Source: Setoptus koraiensis (lineage: Eukaryota > Animalia > Arthropoda). Taken from it: a DNA stretch of 64,000 nucleotides. The notes beneath the pieces were generated by a model that made no database searches, was not told where the DNA came from, and saw only the letters and a program-made list of their open reading frames with translations. Made by a program: the position numbers and the translations under genes. The stretch covers positions 10,540,001-10,604,000 of the forward strand of contig CM106585.1 in the NCBI GenBank assembly GCA_048013815.1, given 5' to 3'. Shown piece by piece: positions 1 through 12,700 of this stretch (its first letter is position 1; each line of letters begins with the position of its first letter).

Positions 1-1357
1 GGCGAGTCGCTAGCGCCGGCAGGGTCGTCTCCATTTGCTGCACGTTATTCAACTCAATATAGAACTCAATTCGAGCGCTCGAATCCCCCTTCGAATTGGT
101 TGCATCGCTAATCGGCACTGAAAATACGCAAACAGCCAGCCGCGTATTATGGATATTGTGGGCACAGCGACGATGGGGCCCGTCGGACGGAACAACAAAT
201 TCAAAATCAATTTAGTTAATTATAGCGTGCGCGCGGGCCCCAGTGAGCGACTCGCCAGTATCGGTCGCCTGTCTCAATCAGATAGTGCGTTGGTTGCGCG
301 TCTTGCTGGCTGCGTCGCGCCGACTATTAATAAAATTGTGCGACAAGTAAATTGGCAATGGTAATATTATCTTTATTATAAACAGGCGAGCCCGTTTTAA
401 TTTGCGTCTGCTCGATGCCGAGGCTGTCTAACAAACACACCGGGCGCCCCAACGCGATCGCTGGGCGCATACTCGGACGGTGGGCGCGTACGCGCGCGGT
501 GGGCCGACCGACGGGCCGTGGCGCTGTTAGGCGAGCGAGCGCCATTTGCACTGAGCCGCTTGGACTCGAAAGATTAGGGGCCCGCTTGTTGGGGCGCAAT
601 TAGGCGCGCCAATAATCAGCTCTAAAACGCAGCTTCGAGGGCGCTGTCGGAGGCACTGCAAACAGCGATTTGCAGGCCGGGAGGCGGGGGGGGGGTACGG
701 TTAGCCGGTCGCGCGGCTTTGCGACAACAGACTGTGTCGCCAACAGAGACAATGGAGCGTCTTATTGTCCATGTCTAATCTCACCACTGCCACTGCCACT
801 AATCTATTCAAGCGGCTCGGCGGGCGCCCATTGTTTGTTGAGCGCCCGCCGCTCTGCTGAGCGGGGCGCTGAAAATTTATCCGCTGGCCTTTTTGAATGA
901 TGACAAACAAGCATTGTGTGTGTCACCAATTTAGTTGGCTGCCCGAGCTGCTCAGTCAAAGGTTGACTGCTCGCCGGGTCCCGTCATCGGGGCCGCTTGT
1001 TTGACGGCTGCAAACAGCGACCCCTGTCAACCGGGCCCGGCTAATAGCGATCAATAGCTGAAAAGCGAACGTTGGGGCGACGGGCGACGGGGGGATAATC
1101 TCTAGCGGCAGCTCTATTTAAATGCGATATCCGCGTTTAAAGTGCGCACATCCGCACAACGAGCGCTTGTGCTCGTTCGCGATAAACTGTCCCCCACCGG
1201 CCCGTTTGTTTGTGCTCCGTTTTGCACTGCGGGCGCTTGTTACGTAGCGCACCAAATGTTACGTTGATGCTGTCGCCGGCCGCCTCATTAGGTCTGCGCG
1301 GCTCGGCGCGGCGGGCTCCCGCGACCGACGGCCCGCGACTCGGAGCAGCCGCTCGCT

Positions 1358-1426
1358 CCATGCTACGTAGCGCAGCATCCCGATGTTACGTAACGCTGCA
1401 TCGCGATGTTACGTAACGCAGTATCG
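1358..1426. repeat. 23-bp tandem repeat x3 with palindromic core
   Basis: Units start at 1358, 1381 and 1404. Cores are GCTACGTAGC, GTTACGTAAC and GTTACGTAAC. Confidence 0.85.
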
Positions 1427-2852
1427 CCATGTCAGTTGACAAACTGACATTCGGTGCGCCAGCCGAGCGCCCAGTGTATGCATATAATGAGTAGTCATAG
1501 CTGATTGAAAAACGATAATAACCAGCCAATATCGCAATATGCCCGCCACGTCACATGACGCTCGCCCATGTTGACTGTTGGCCTTTGATTAAAAAGCGGC
1601 GCCCCCATCGGGCCCGTCGGCTGACTGGCGCCGCCGCCCGCCGCTCGCCGCCTATCGCCCTGGCGGCCAATGGCGCCTCCTTATGGGGCTTATGGCGGCA
1701 GTATGTCGACAGTTTGCATAGTGCTAGTGCGCATACCGGCCCGCAATGGTGAATGGTGGCCAGCCACGGGTACTGATAGCGGCGATATTACGCAACAAGC
1801 GACCATTCTACTGGCCCGGCCACAAACAGGCGCCGAGCCAGTCGACGGGCTGCTCGTCACTTATCGTCGGCTTATCGATCTTGTCGGCCGCTGTCGCGTT
1901 TGCCGCCCGCCGACGGTCAGCCGACTCGTGCCCGAGTTGGCCCGCTCGCTGACGCCCGCCTGACGAACAAGCGCTGAACGGGCACCGAACGCCCGAGCCC
2001 GTCGAGCCGCGTCGCCCTCAATCCGGCCTCGTTTGGCGCCAAATGTCGACGGGCCGGCGCTCCGATCGCTTAGGTGATAATTCTCGCCCGCTTTACGTTT
2101 ATCGGAGTGCGAGTTCGCCGGAGTGCGGCCTCGCGACTCACAACTTGTGAGGCCGCCGTGCCAAGCGGCGGCCAAGACGAGAGCTGGCTTCTCGAGCAAC
2201 TCAAGCGTACGAGCGACGCCCTTCGAGCCGCTATTTTTATTTTATTGATGCCACATAATGTCACACACACAAACACATATTGTCGGCCTTGTAATTGAAA
2301 TTGCTCGCTGCCGGCAAGCTCCAATTGGCAGCTGACGGCGAACGCAGTTTAACGGGAGGGGGGGGGCCACTTACATAATGGCAGTTGTTACAGTTGAGCG
2401 ACAAGACGATGGATTGGCGCCAATGGGGCCGCATCCAGCGCGACTCGCCCGACGGCCTGGATATTTGTCATTTATGCGCCCTTGTACATGCATAATTTGT
2501 GTTCGGTTGACGCGCCCGTCCCCATACGACAAGCCGGCGACAAATGACAAATGGCGCGCCCCTGTGTCGGCCGGTTGCGGTCGCCCGCTTCGCATGCCGT
2601 CAGCCCGACAGCATCGGGCCGCTCGGTATCGGCGGCGCGGCGCCGCCGAAAGGCTCGCAACAATCGCAGCACTCGCAGCACTCGCAACATGGCAGCGTGC
2701 GGAAGTTGCCAGTTGGAACCGTCGGGAGCGGCGCCCGGGTCGCCGGCACCGGCGCACGGGAGGGCGCCCGTGCAATCGAGAATCGAGCCGAGATCAATCA
2801 CCGGAGTGGCACAAATAAAATTATTTGTGACGTGACGCTGATTTGATTCCGC

Positions 2853-2905
2853 CGCTGGCCACACAATCGCTGGCCACACAAACGCTGGCCAGACAATCGC
2901 TGGCC
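2853..2905. repeat. 15-bp tandem repeat x3.5
   Basis: Unit CGCTGGCCA(C/G)ACAA(T/A) read directly from the sequence. Confidence 0.9.
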
Positions 2906-3313
2906 GGATCGATTGCAACTGGCGCCGGTGGCTGGCATCGTCTGAAATAAACACGCTGATGAGTGATTGTTATGTAATGCCGGCCCGCCGCTGCTCGGTC
3001 GCTGCTCGGTGGCTGGTCAGTGGCTGGTCAGTTGCGTCCGTCTGGCGACGGCATATCGCCAACCATCGGGGCAAATCTGGCGGCCGACCAAACACAAATA
3101 TACCAGCAAACATACCGACAAATATACCGTGCGGACCGTGCACCATACAGTGTGCACGATTGGCGATACCGTCAGGCATTTTGTTGCAAAATTGGCGCAG
3201 TTGCGTGACCACGATATTGATTTGCAAACGGATCGATGTATCGCGCTGTCCGATGTGTCGATTGTTGGCCGTCGGCTAAAATTATTATTCACACTGTGAA
3301 TGGCGCACTGGCC

Positions 3314-3388
3314 AGCGGACAGTGGAAAGCGGACAGTGAAAAGCGGACAGTGAAAAGCGGACAGTGAAAAGCGGACAGTGAAAAGCGG
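3314..3388. repeat. 14-bp minisatellite x5.4
   Basis: Unit AGCGGACAGTG(A/G)AA. Confidence 0.95.
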
Positions 3389-3926
3389 TTTTTGCTCTGC
3401 CACTGGCCCGTCGCGTTGCAAACAGTTTGACAGGTGATACCAAACCACGGTGCCGGTATTACGGCCGGCAGCTATAAATACGCCGAGCCGAGCTAGACAA
3501 GCAGCAACAACCGGCCGACAGGTGGCCCTCGTGCCGTGCGAATGGCAGCCGCCACTGCAACTGGAACGCAAATCAAACGGGGCCCAAATTCGAGCGCGAA
3601 TCAAACGGGCCCCAAATTCGAACGCCCTTCCATCTACGTGATTAATCTAATCTGGCGCGCGCACACAGCAGCAGACTGACAGATCTGGCCGTGATGTATT
3701 ATCCGCGATTTAAAGTGACACTTTAAACAGGCAGCTTAAAGCGCTGAGGCCCGAGCCTTGCGCTTTGGGCGACTGGCCGGCCGCCCGAAGCTGCAGCTCA
3801 GCGCACAGAGGCAGCAAATAAACGCGCCGCAAGCAAACAGTGAAAGCGATCTCTGCTTTATCCGGGCCACAAAGCCCGAATGAAGCGAGGGGCCCCGAAT
3901 GAAGCGAGGGGCCAAATTGTGCTCAC

Positions 3927-4829
3927 CTGATAGTGTCCCAAATTGTCCACCGTGCATATGAGTCGGACGTCTCTGCCGGCCACCGCGCTCACATTGCCGA
4001 TGGGCTGGCCGAACGTGGGCGCCTGCTGGAGGCGAGCGCGCCTCTTGCTGCGCCCCGCCGAATCGCTGTGTCCATTATTATTATGTAACGGCGTCGTTGT
4101 CGTCGTTGTCGCTTTTGCTGTTGTTGTTGTCGGTGTCGCTTTCGTTGTTGGTGTCGTTGTTGTTGCTGGTGCGCGATAATGCGCGGATAATTCACGGCTC
4201 GCAGTGGCTCGGTTATTGACTTCTAATCTTGTAATGTTGTCGCTCGTCGTTGTTGGCCCGCTCACCCGATGTCGCTCACCGTCGACATAATCGGATCCCA
4301 TCAATTGGCTGCTGCCATTTTCGTCTCCGTCATTTTCGCTCACATGATGTTTTGTCGACGCTGATTGTTTGCCAATTTTGTCGCTACCGAGATCATTGGT
4401 CGGCGACAGGGCGACGGTCGCGGCCGCGGCAGCTCGGAGCAACGGCCTGCTCTCGCTTGCGTCAATGTTGCCCTGACGCGGCCCGCTTGTCGCAGTCGAT
4501 GCGCCACCGAGCTCGAGATGGCGCTCCAAATGCTCATGTCGAGCCTGAGGTGAATAATTTGTCAGCGGGGCCGATGATTTGTGGTGGCTTTGGCGTGCGC
4601 TTGTGTCAATTAAACTGACTTGTGATTCAACTGGTTCAAGCGTTGAGCGGTCGCGGGCGACTCCGTCAACTGACTGGCGCGGCCGTTGCGACCAACGTTG
4701 CGGTTGCGGCTCGACGGGCCCGGTCGAGCCAAGCGATTGGCGGCCGCTCGTGCGGTTGATTGGACTATTAGTGGCGATGCAATAATTAATAATTATGATG
4801 AATGGAAGCAAGCGATCGAGCGCGGCCAT
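3927..4829 (-). CDS. First coding exon of an Ig-superfamily cell-adhesion protein (Lachesin/DIP/IgLON-like); partial
   Basis: ATG at 4829 is followed by a hydrophobic signal-like segment (LLPFIIIINYCIA) and a long S/T-rich region. Then comes PTFGQPIGNVSAVAGRDVRLICTVDNLGHYQ, typical of the start of a Lachesin/DIP Ig1 domain. It ends at a phase-0 donor CAG|GTGAGC (intron starts at 3926). Downstream exons were not located. Confidence 0.65.
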
Positions 4830-6146
4830 TGCGAGGGCTTCACTGTTCACACTGAGATGTCATCAATCCGAATGGGGCCATCGACACCGCGCTGCTAAGT
4901 GGCGCTGCTGACGCTGATGCAAATGAAACGAAATGCCACTCGGCTCGAATCGCAATCGCTGGTTGAACGCTGAAGGGAGCGAGGTCTGTGCGCAAACTAA
5001 TTGATTGACTATTAGTTATTATTGGTTGTCAGTTGTGATTGGTTGTCGGTTGTTGTCAGTTGTCGGTTGTTGTCAGTTGTGGGTCGTTGCTAGTTGTCAG
5101 TTATGAGTTGTTGAGTCGATGGGTCATTGGCTGTTGTTGTTGGCCGTCGTTTGGCTGAAATGTCATGCAAATGGCCAGTGACTCGCGCGTGATTTGCGAC
5201 AAGTGCCAGCGTCTAACTGTCCATTGGCTCACTGTTGGCTGGCCGCTTTTTGTTGCTCTGTTGCCGGTCGCTTTTTTGACTGGTTGCACTAGCCTGGCGG
5301 AACCGAAATGAGCCTCTGCAAGGGCGATAATACTTTCAGTGTTTGGGTTGAGGCCCACTGGATATAAACACAAACATCGATGAATATATACGCACAGCAC
5401 AGACGAAACTGCGCACAACCGCACGTTCAAACCGGCCCCTCAGTTCGTTGCGACTCGCACCACAACAAGACACATTATAGAGACGAGGAGCCTCAGTGGG
5501 CCGGCGGGCCCCACTGCGCACGCCTAGCCTCACTGTGTCACACACACACACTGGGTTTGGACACACTGGAGCAAACTGAGCCAACGCGCTGCATTCAATG
5601 GCCAGATTGCGCAGCCAGATTCAATAGCTGGTGTGATAGTGATGCCTCGGTGCAAGGCACCCGGGCAAACCCGGCCAATTGCACCGGCCACCAGCGGCCA
5701 TCGGAAGCGAAACGAGGAGCACGATCTATTGACAACAAAATAATATTTTGAAAATATTGCCCGATTGCCATTTGAATCGCTGCGTTGCTGGCCGCCCAGC
5801 TGATTGCAACTGTTTGATAAAAATTGATGAAAGCTTGATGAAATTGATATGACAAGTTACATAATAGGCATCTCAACTGTGTCATGACTAATTAATGCAG
5901 TGTAAGCCTCAGTCGACCTGCGACCGGCGTCCGACCGGCGACTGGCGACGATTTCATACGACTTCGCAGCGAATCATTTGCAACTACAACTACGCGTCTA
6001 TTTGTTTTTACCTGTTTATACTCTATTGTCCATTGAGGCGTCTCGCGTTGTCAGCGAATGTTGCGGCCGAAGTTTGGTTTTGCTCGTGCTCGCATCGCCT
6101 GCGGATGCGCTTCCGCTTGCTCGGACGCTCATTTTCTAAAAATTCA

Positions 6147-6197
6147 TAATTTCAACAAATTGTTAATTTCGACAAATTGTTAATTTCGACAAATTGT
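6147..6197. repeat. 17-bp tandem repeat x3
   Basis: Unit TAATTTC(A/G)ACAAATTGT. Confidence 0.9.
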
Positions 6198-7538
6198 TTA
6201 TTTCGACGAATGCTCATCTTCGTCAAATGCGGCCGGCCCGACGAGACGGACACAACAACAAGTTCGAGCGGTTTGTTTCGGCCAACGAATTGAACGAATT
6301 TGTCTATAGAGGCGTCGCAATTCGACGCTCAGATTGCTTGTGTGCCAGCGCCAGCCGATTGGGCCGCAGCCTCATAATGACAACACGGTATTCTCCAATT
6401 GGCCCCAATGGAACTTGCTCAACTTGGCTGGCGCCCCCGCATGCACCTTTGCAGCGGGCGAGCAACGTTGTTGCGAGTCAAGTTGTTGCGAGTTTGTTGC
6501 GAGCTAGACAGTTGGCCGGGCCATTAGCCCACGAGCCCATTAGGCCAACAAATGGCATATGTGCGGCGCAAGCCGCACGAGCACGCACTGGGGACCGGCA
6601 AGTGGGGCCAGAGTAATAAGTAGTGATATAGTGACAGTAATTTGCTCAACTGGGCACAGTTTAACTTTGCAGTGGTCAGTTGGAGCGGTTTGCGGGCCTC
6701 GATGGCTCGGTGGGTCGTTGTAAGTGGCGACATGGCGCAACATGATGCGCACAGATGAGGGCCACTTTAATTGAGTGCTCGTGGCCGGTTCAACAACTGA
6801 CACAACTGACAAGCCAGGCCGTTCCGGAAATATTGAGCAAGGGCCAGTATTGATTATGAGCGGTGTTGTTTAAACTTTTGCGCTTTATTAATTATCATCG
6901 CTGCGAGCGGCCATCAGCCGCCAGTTGTGAGCCGTGAGTGTATGGATAATTGATTCAAGAAATTCAGAGCACGTGGTAGCGTCGTCGAGTGAGCTCGTTT
7001 ATCTTTGCCGTTGTCGTGTCTTGGCAACAGATAAACCACGAGCACTAAACAGAGCGACACGAGCAGTAAATAGAGCGATGGACACAGCTCGCTAGTTGCA
7101 ATAAAACAACAAGAGGAAACTCTCAATTAGTCGCTGGCCAGCCAGAGGGCGCCCGTCAAAAAATGATACAATCTCACTGATTGTGTTGCACCAAACGTGT
7201 AACGCAAGCGAGGCGCCCACAACAAGTCGCCAGCTTGACATGGATAAAAGGCGACCTAGACTCGACCGTCGCAACGAGCTCGCCATTAAGCATTTGGGAG
7301 CGATTCGAGTGCAGTTAGAGCTCAATTGTTTCGGTGCACTTGTTGTCGGATCGGACAAGTGCCGAGACAGTCAGTTAGCTGGGCATAATGTCACAACAGT
7401 CAAAACAGCGTCTTGAGTGTCTTGAGATTGCAAAGGGCTCATTACTGTTGTGACGCAACTTGGCGGCGACATTGCGGCATTGTCGTTGCAAGCATTTGCT
7501 TGCAATCGCTATTATTGCTTGGCTCGCCAACTCGCCAT

Positions 7539-7582
7539 TCAATGTTGCAGTCAATGTTGCAGTCAATGTTGCAGTCAATGTT
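7539..7582. repeat. 12-bp tandem repeat x3.7
   Basis: Unit TCAATGTTGCAG. Confidence 0.9.
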
Positions 7583-9795
7583 ATTGGCTGGGCCGTTCTC
7601 GAGACGGCCAGACACACAAACAAGCACGACGCTGCTGTTTGTTATGTTAATTAGAAGCTCAGTTTGTCGCCATGACTAACAACTAACTCGCTGTGTCTCT
7701 CTTTGTGATGTAATTGTACTTGATGAAGTTACGCAACCTTAATGACAGCGAGCGCAGCGTTTTAGTTGTCACTGCCAAAGCCACTGCCAGTTGTTAGTTG
7801 CAATTGCGAATTGCATCACACTGTTGCAGCAAACTGTCGCCAATGAACGCCGGCGCCCATTTGCGGCCCGACCATTTGCGGGCCGCCCAAGAACAAGCCC
7901 GTGTACACAGACTCGAACCGCACAAACTCGAATGTCTTGGCCGATACCCGGCGCGGCCCAGTAGCCGGCCAATAGCCGGCCCGTGTGCCCGGCACCATTG
8001 GCACCCGACGATGGCGTGCTGGCCAAGCGAAATGAGAAATTGATCGAGTGACAAGTGTGCAGTCATCAATCATTTGTTTCATTAGTGATTGTGATAGACG
8101 CCGCCGCAACAACAACAGCAACAACCAAAAAACAGATTTATGTTTGTCGACGGCGACCGACACGACAAACGAACAAAATATCAACGCTCATATCCTCATT
8201 CAAACAACACTGACAACTAACGGCTAGATGATTGTTGTCCGGCTAATTTATTGTTTATCGCTCGCTGCATACTTGAGACTCACACAAAATATATTCACAC
8301 AATATATCATTTATTTTGCTGACTAATCACACACTCCGTGAGCGTCCATACATCTAGACCATATCCAAGGGACAAATTTAATCGCTCGCCAGGACAAGAT
8401 ACACTGATTAATGCGTCGCAAATTACATATGAGTCAGGGGTCCGCAATCAGTGGCCGTGCATTGCGGGGGCGGGGGACCAGCGCATCGCAATCGATATCG
8501 GCAACGAGCGTGGCCGACACGACACTGTGAGTGGGCTGAAGTCGAGCGAAAATCGCCGCAACCTGCTGTTCGCTGCGAACAGTTCGCATTGTCGCTATTG
8601 GGTCGCCCTGCCAGCCAATAAAATAAAAGCTCGTCTGCTTTCAATCAATGCGAGCGAGTTTATCTGACAGCACGATAAAACGACGACAGGTGCCGACTGA
8701 CTTTGTTGTCGACGATTATCTCACGACGACAGGCCGGCCTGCGTGTCGTCTGACAACGCCAGTCTCGTTGTTGTTGTTTGAAAATCTGTACTGCACACTA
8801 GTGACTGGATTTGCTGGACGGGCGCCGAAAACGTTGTCAGAATACAGATGAGCTAGAAGTGACCGGCTATGTTTAGTATGGCGCGGCAGATAGTACAAAA
8901 TTGCAATTGCTAATACAGTGTAACTGTCAATGTTTAAACTGTCAATTTGATAGTCGATCCTCAATGCCGTTCGAGATCGCGAGATTCCTTGCAAGATTCT
9001 TTGCAAGGTGCAAAGACAACAGCACAACAGCATGAGCGACGAAACCAAACGAAACGCGATGGAAAAAGAAAGAGTCAGAGGGATATTTCACAGTATTAGG
9101 TCACTCCTCAGCGACTCCTTTGTAAGGATCTGCCTGTCGCTGGCTGCTGCGGAATGGCCACTAATTTATTGTTTGACCTTTGTGTTGAGCTCCTCTTCTT
9201 CTTCTTCTTTTTTGCCCGTCTAGTCACTTGACAACGCTTAAAATTTTTCTTTCTTTTTTTTTATTGATATATACGCTGTTACATAATATGATGATGCATG
9301 CTTGCGTTTACAAGTCTGAGCAGCTCTTGCTCGTCGTGCTTAATGGCGATCAATTATTGTGATAAATGAGGTGTGAGCTGTTTGTGTTTTCGACGTCGTC
9401 GTCTCCTTTTTCTCGCTGCCTCCTCATATATACAGTATATGTAGTATTTTAGTCTCATATGTAGTCTAGTTATTAGTGTGTTTGTATATAACTTATTTTT
9501 GGTATGTTTTGTTGCTTGATGTTGTCGTTTTCGCAAAGCTAAATCGCATAAGGCAGTATGGTTGCATTTGTGCATCTGTGTCAAGCCCGAAGTCGCCCGA
9601 AAACTGAAATAAATACTCAAACTGTAAGTGCAAGGTGCTCATACAGTTTGAGAGCGCATCTCATCCAATGAGTATTTATAATGACTAACTCAACAATCTC
9701 GTCTTGCGCTCACAATCAAAGCTCACTCGCTGTCTTGGCTCGCAAAGGTAACAAGTGCAATCCGTTGTGCCAACAAATATAAGCTGACTGGCTGG

Positions 9796-12700
9796 CTAAG
9801 CAGTGTCGTGATACTCGATGACAATCTCTGGCGGTGGCGCGCTCGCTATGGCTCCTGTTAGCGACGTTGTCGCTTGCTTCCTAGGTGACACTTTTATAAT
9901 GTTGTCAGAGCAGCTTGAAGAGCAAATGTCAGACCTTTGACATTTGGTTGGCGTTGAATTGACACTGTTGCTGGGTCCGGTATTGTCACCGTTGTAATTG
10001 TTGCGATTGTTTGCATGCGACGGAGAGGCCAAAATTTTGCTCACATTGGCAGAATAATCAAATTCTTCGCTAGTGAGAAAGTCGTTATACGTCGAATTTC
10101 TATCATCCTCTTCCTCATCTTCGTCCTCCTCATCACCGTAGGCGTCTGTGTTTGGCGGAGAATTCAAGCTACTTTTGTCATTGACATCATTATCACAATT
10201 ATCACCGTTATCATCCTCATCGTCGTCCTCTGCATGCGATCCCGGCGAGGACAAGCGACTATTCAGCGCCTCATCATCGTCCTGCTCCGCATCATCGTCG
10301 TCGTCGTCATCGTCGCCGCCAACATCCAGAGAGCCGTCCTCCGACAAAGAGTCGGGCTCATCGTCGAGATGGTCATTGTCGTAACTGGACGTTGACGAGC
10401 TAGACAATGTTGATTTTAGACCAGAGCTGCCGGTATCAGAGGATCCAACAGAAGAAATGGAGAATTGTTGCTCCTCTTCTTGATTGCTCTGATTGTTTGA
10501 TCGCTTGCTGTCCAATCGCAGCTGAATATCTTCCAGTTCGTCTTCGTCCATCGAGCTTGAGCGCCTAGACGACAATTCGAAACCAACTCTCTCACTAATC
10601 TTTTCACAATCATTGTCGTCTTCTTGGTCGTCGCGGTTGTGTTGCTCGTCGCCGCAAGATAGATGCCCATTTTCTGAGCTACGACAACTACTAGAATTGT
10701 GTGTTGTGCCGCTCTCATTATTATCATCATCGGATGAGATCTTTTTATTGTTGACATGGTGCCCATTATTGTCGTGGACAATATCATTATTGATATTATT
10801 GGCTTTGGTGTTGTCGTCGCTCGTTCTAGAATCTATTGTCAACGGTACATTAGCAGCATTGTCATCCAGTATACTCTTGTACAATGCACTGTAGTCAACT
10901 TGTTGATTCAAGAATTCCTCTTTAGACTTGACTCGCTCTTTGATTTTGTCCACTCCATTCATGACCTTTTCATCGTCATTATCAATATTAGTAGTAGTAG
11001 TCATATTTAAGCCATTGTAATCGCCATCACCTGCTACATCAGCCATACCAATTTGGCGCATCTGACGCAATGATGATTGACAGATGACACAAATGAAATT
11101 ATACACAATTTCAGAATCGCCTAGTTGCATGTTATCCATTGCCTCATCTATGCCATCATTATTACTATCATTGTTGTTTGTTAGTTGTGATGATGAGTTT
11201 GCGTTGTTGACACGACCGTTATATGATTGTTGTTTACCATCATCAGCGCCGTTACCGTTGCTTTTATCATTGTTTCTAATTGTTGTTGTGAGCTGTTGTG
11301 ACTTTATCTCATTCAGTCTCAACCTGACATCGCATTTAGAACAAGTTAAACAGCTCCTATGAACTATTGAATCATCAATGACAACTTTATCAATGGTTGC
11401 AACTGAATTTTTACATCTAATGCATACGGCATTCTGGCTATTAGTGCCAATAGGAATGGAGTGATTAAATCGTTTATTGTCATTGACTGCGTTAGCTTGG
11501 CTGCCGTTGTTTTGCTGCTGTTGTTGCTGCTGTTGTTGGTTTCTTTTATTTGAGCCATTTGATGACAGTTCACTGATTGTGCTTGAAGCCGACGATGAGC
11601 CACCAATGGAACTGGCAGTTTTTGCAGTGATAGCAGTTGTTATCTTACTATTTATAGACGATGATTGTGTTAACGCATGATTAGTTTCGACAACATCCTT
11701 ATAAACATTACCACCACCTATGTACTTTTTCTCATCGCTTAATTGCGATTGTCCCCCCAATCTACCATTGATACCGTTTCTGTTGCCGCTCATGTTGTTG
11801 TTGTTGTTGCTGCTGTTGATGCTGCTGTTGTCATTCAATGAGGCACGACTACGATAACTAGTGTAATTGTTGACAGGTGCATACTTATTCTTTGGTTTGT
11901 TCAAACACAAATGATCGTAATGTTGATGTTCGTTTTGCTTTTCATCTTCGTCGTCGTCGTCTTCAAACAACTTCTTTATAACTCTCTTGTGACGACTAGA
12001 ACTGTAAATTGAATTATCGTCACTTCTTTTGCTGGTGCCCGAAAGTTCACCTTTTATTAGATTAACCCACGCGTGCGATCGCGAACCCAATGAGAACTCA
12101 TGACTCTTGTTGCCACTGAGTGAAGAATTGTCATTTGTGTTTGAATTACCCGATGAACCATCACGGCGATATATTTGATTTTTAGTAGCTACACCGTTGG
12201 CTATTTCACTTGGTCTTCTCAATTTATCCGCCATCTCTCTTATTCTTCCCTTAAACACCTCAACCTGCTTTTCCGGTTTTGTGTATTTTCGTCCTGCTTT
12301 CGTGCTATCTTCCACAATATTGGCAACCTTTCTACCAGGTGAATTGTTCTCTGGGCCAGATGCTGTCAACGAGTGACTATTTCTATTATTCTCACATTCT
12401 TCGTACAACATTTGTTTATTGTGATACTTGGCCAGTCTCTCTTCCCAGCATTTGACATTCCAATCGTCTTTAGTTAATTTCATTATTGGCATTTTGGTCT
12501 TCTTTTTCATTGTTAAATCTTTCTCATTGTTCAAAGTTGAGTTTGTCACAAACATCTCTTGCAATGTTGCAAATTGGGGCAAATTTCTTATGTCATCTAT
12601 GTCATTGCTTGTTCTGTCTCTGGCAGCGACAATGGCGGCAGTGGGACTACTACTCAGCCCGTATGATTCGCTCAATTTATTTTCAAAACTCTTCACTCGT

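Noticed and set aside
2376-2440. Possible second Ig exon (WMRPHWRQSIVLSLN ending at a GTAAG donor)
   Set aside because: Only faint similarity to the expected VAW...QTIL segment, no good acceptor, and no continuation.
149-9620. Dozens of 60-195-aa ORFs in the left region, plus antisense ORFs over real genes elsewhere
   Set aside because: R/A/P-rich or low-complexity translations, many with non-ATG starts, as expected from GC-rich or repeat DNA and shadow frames.
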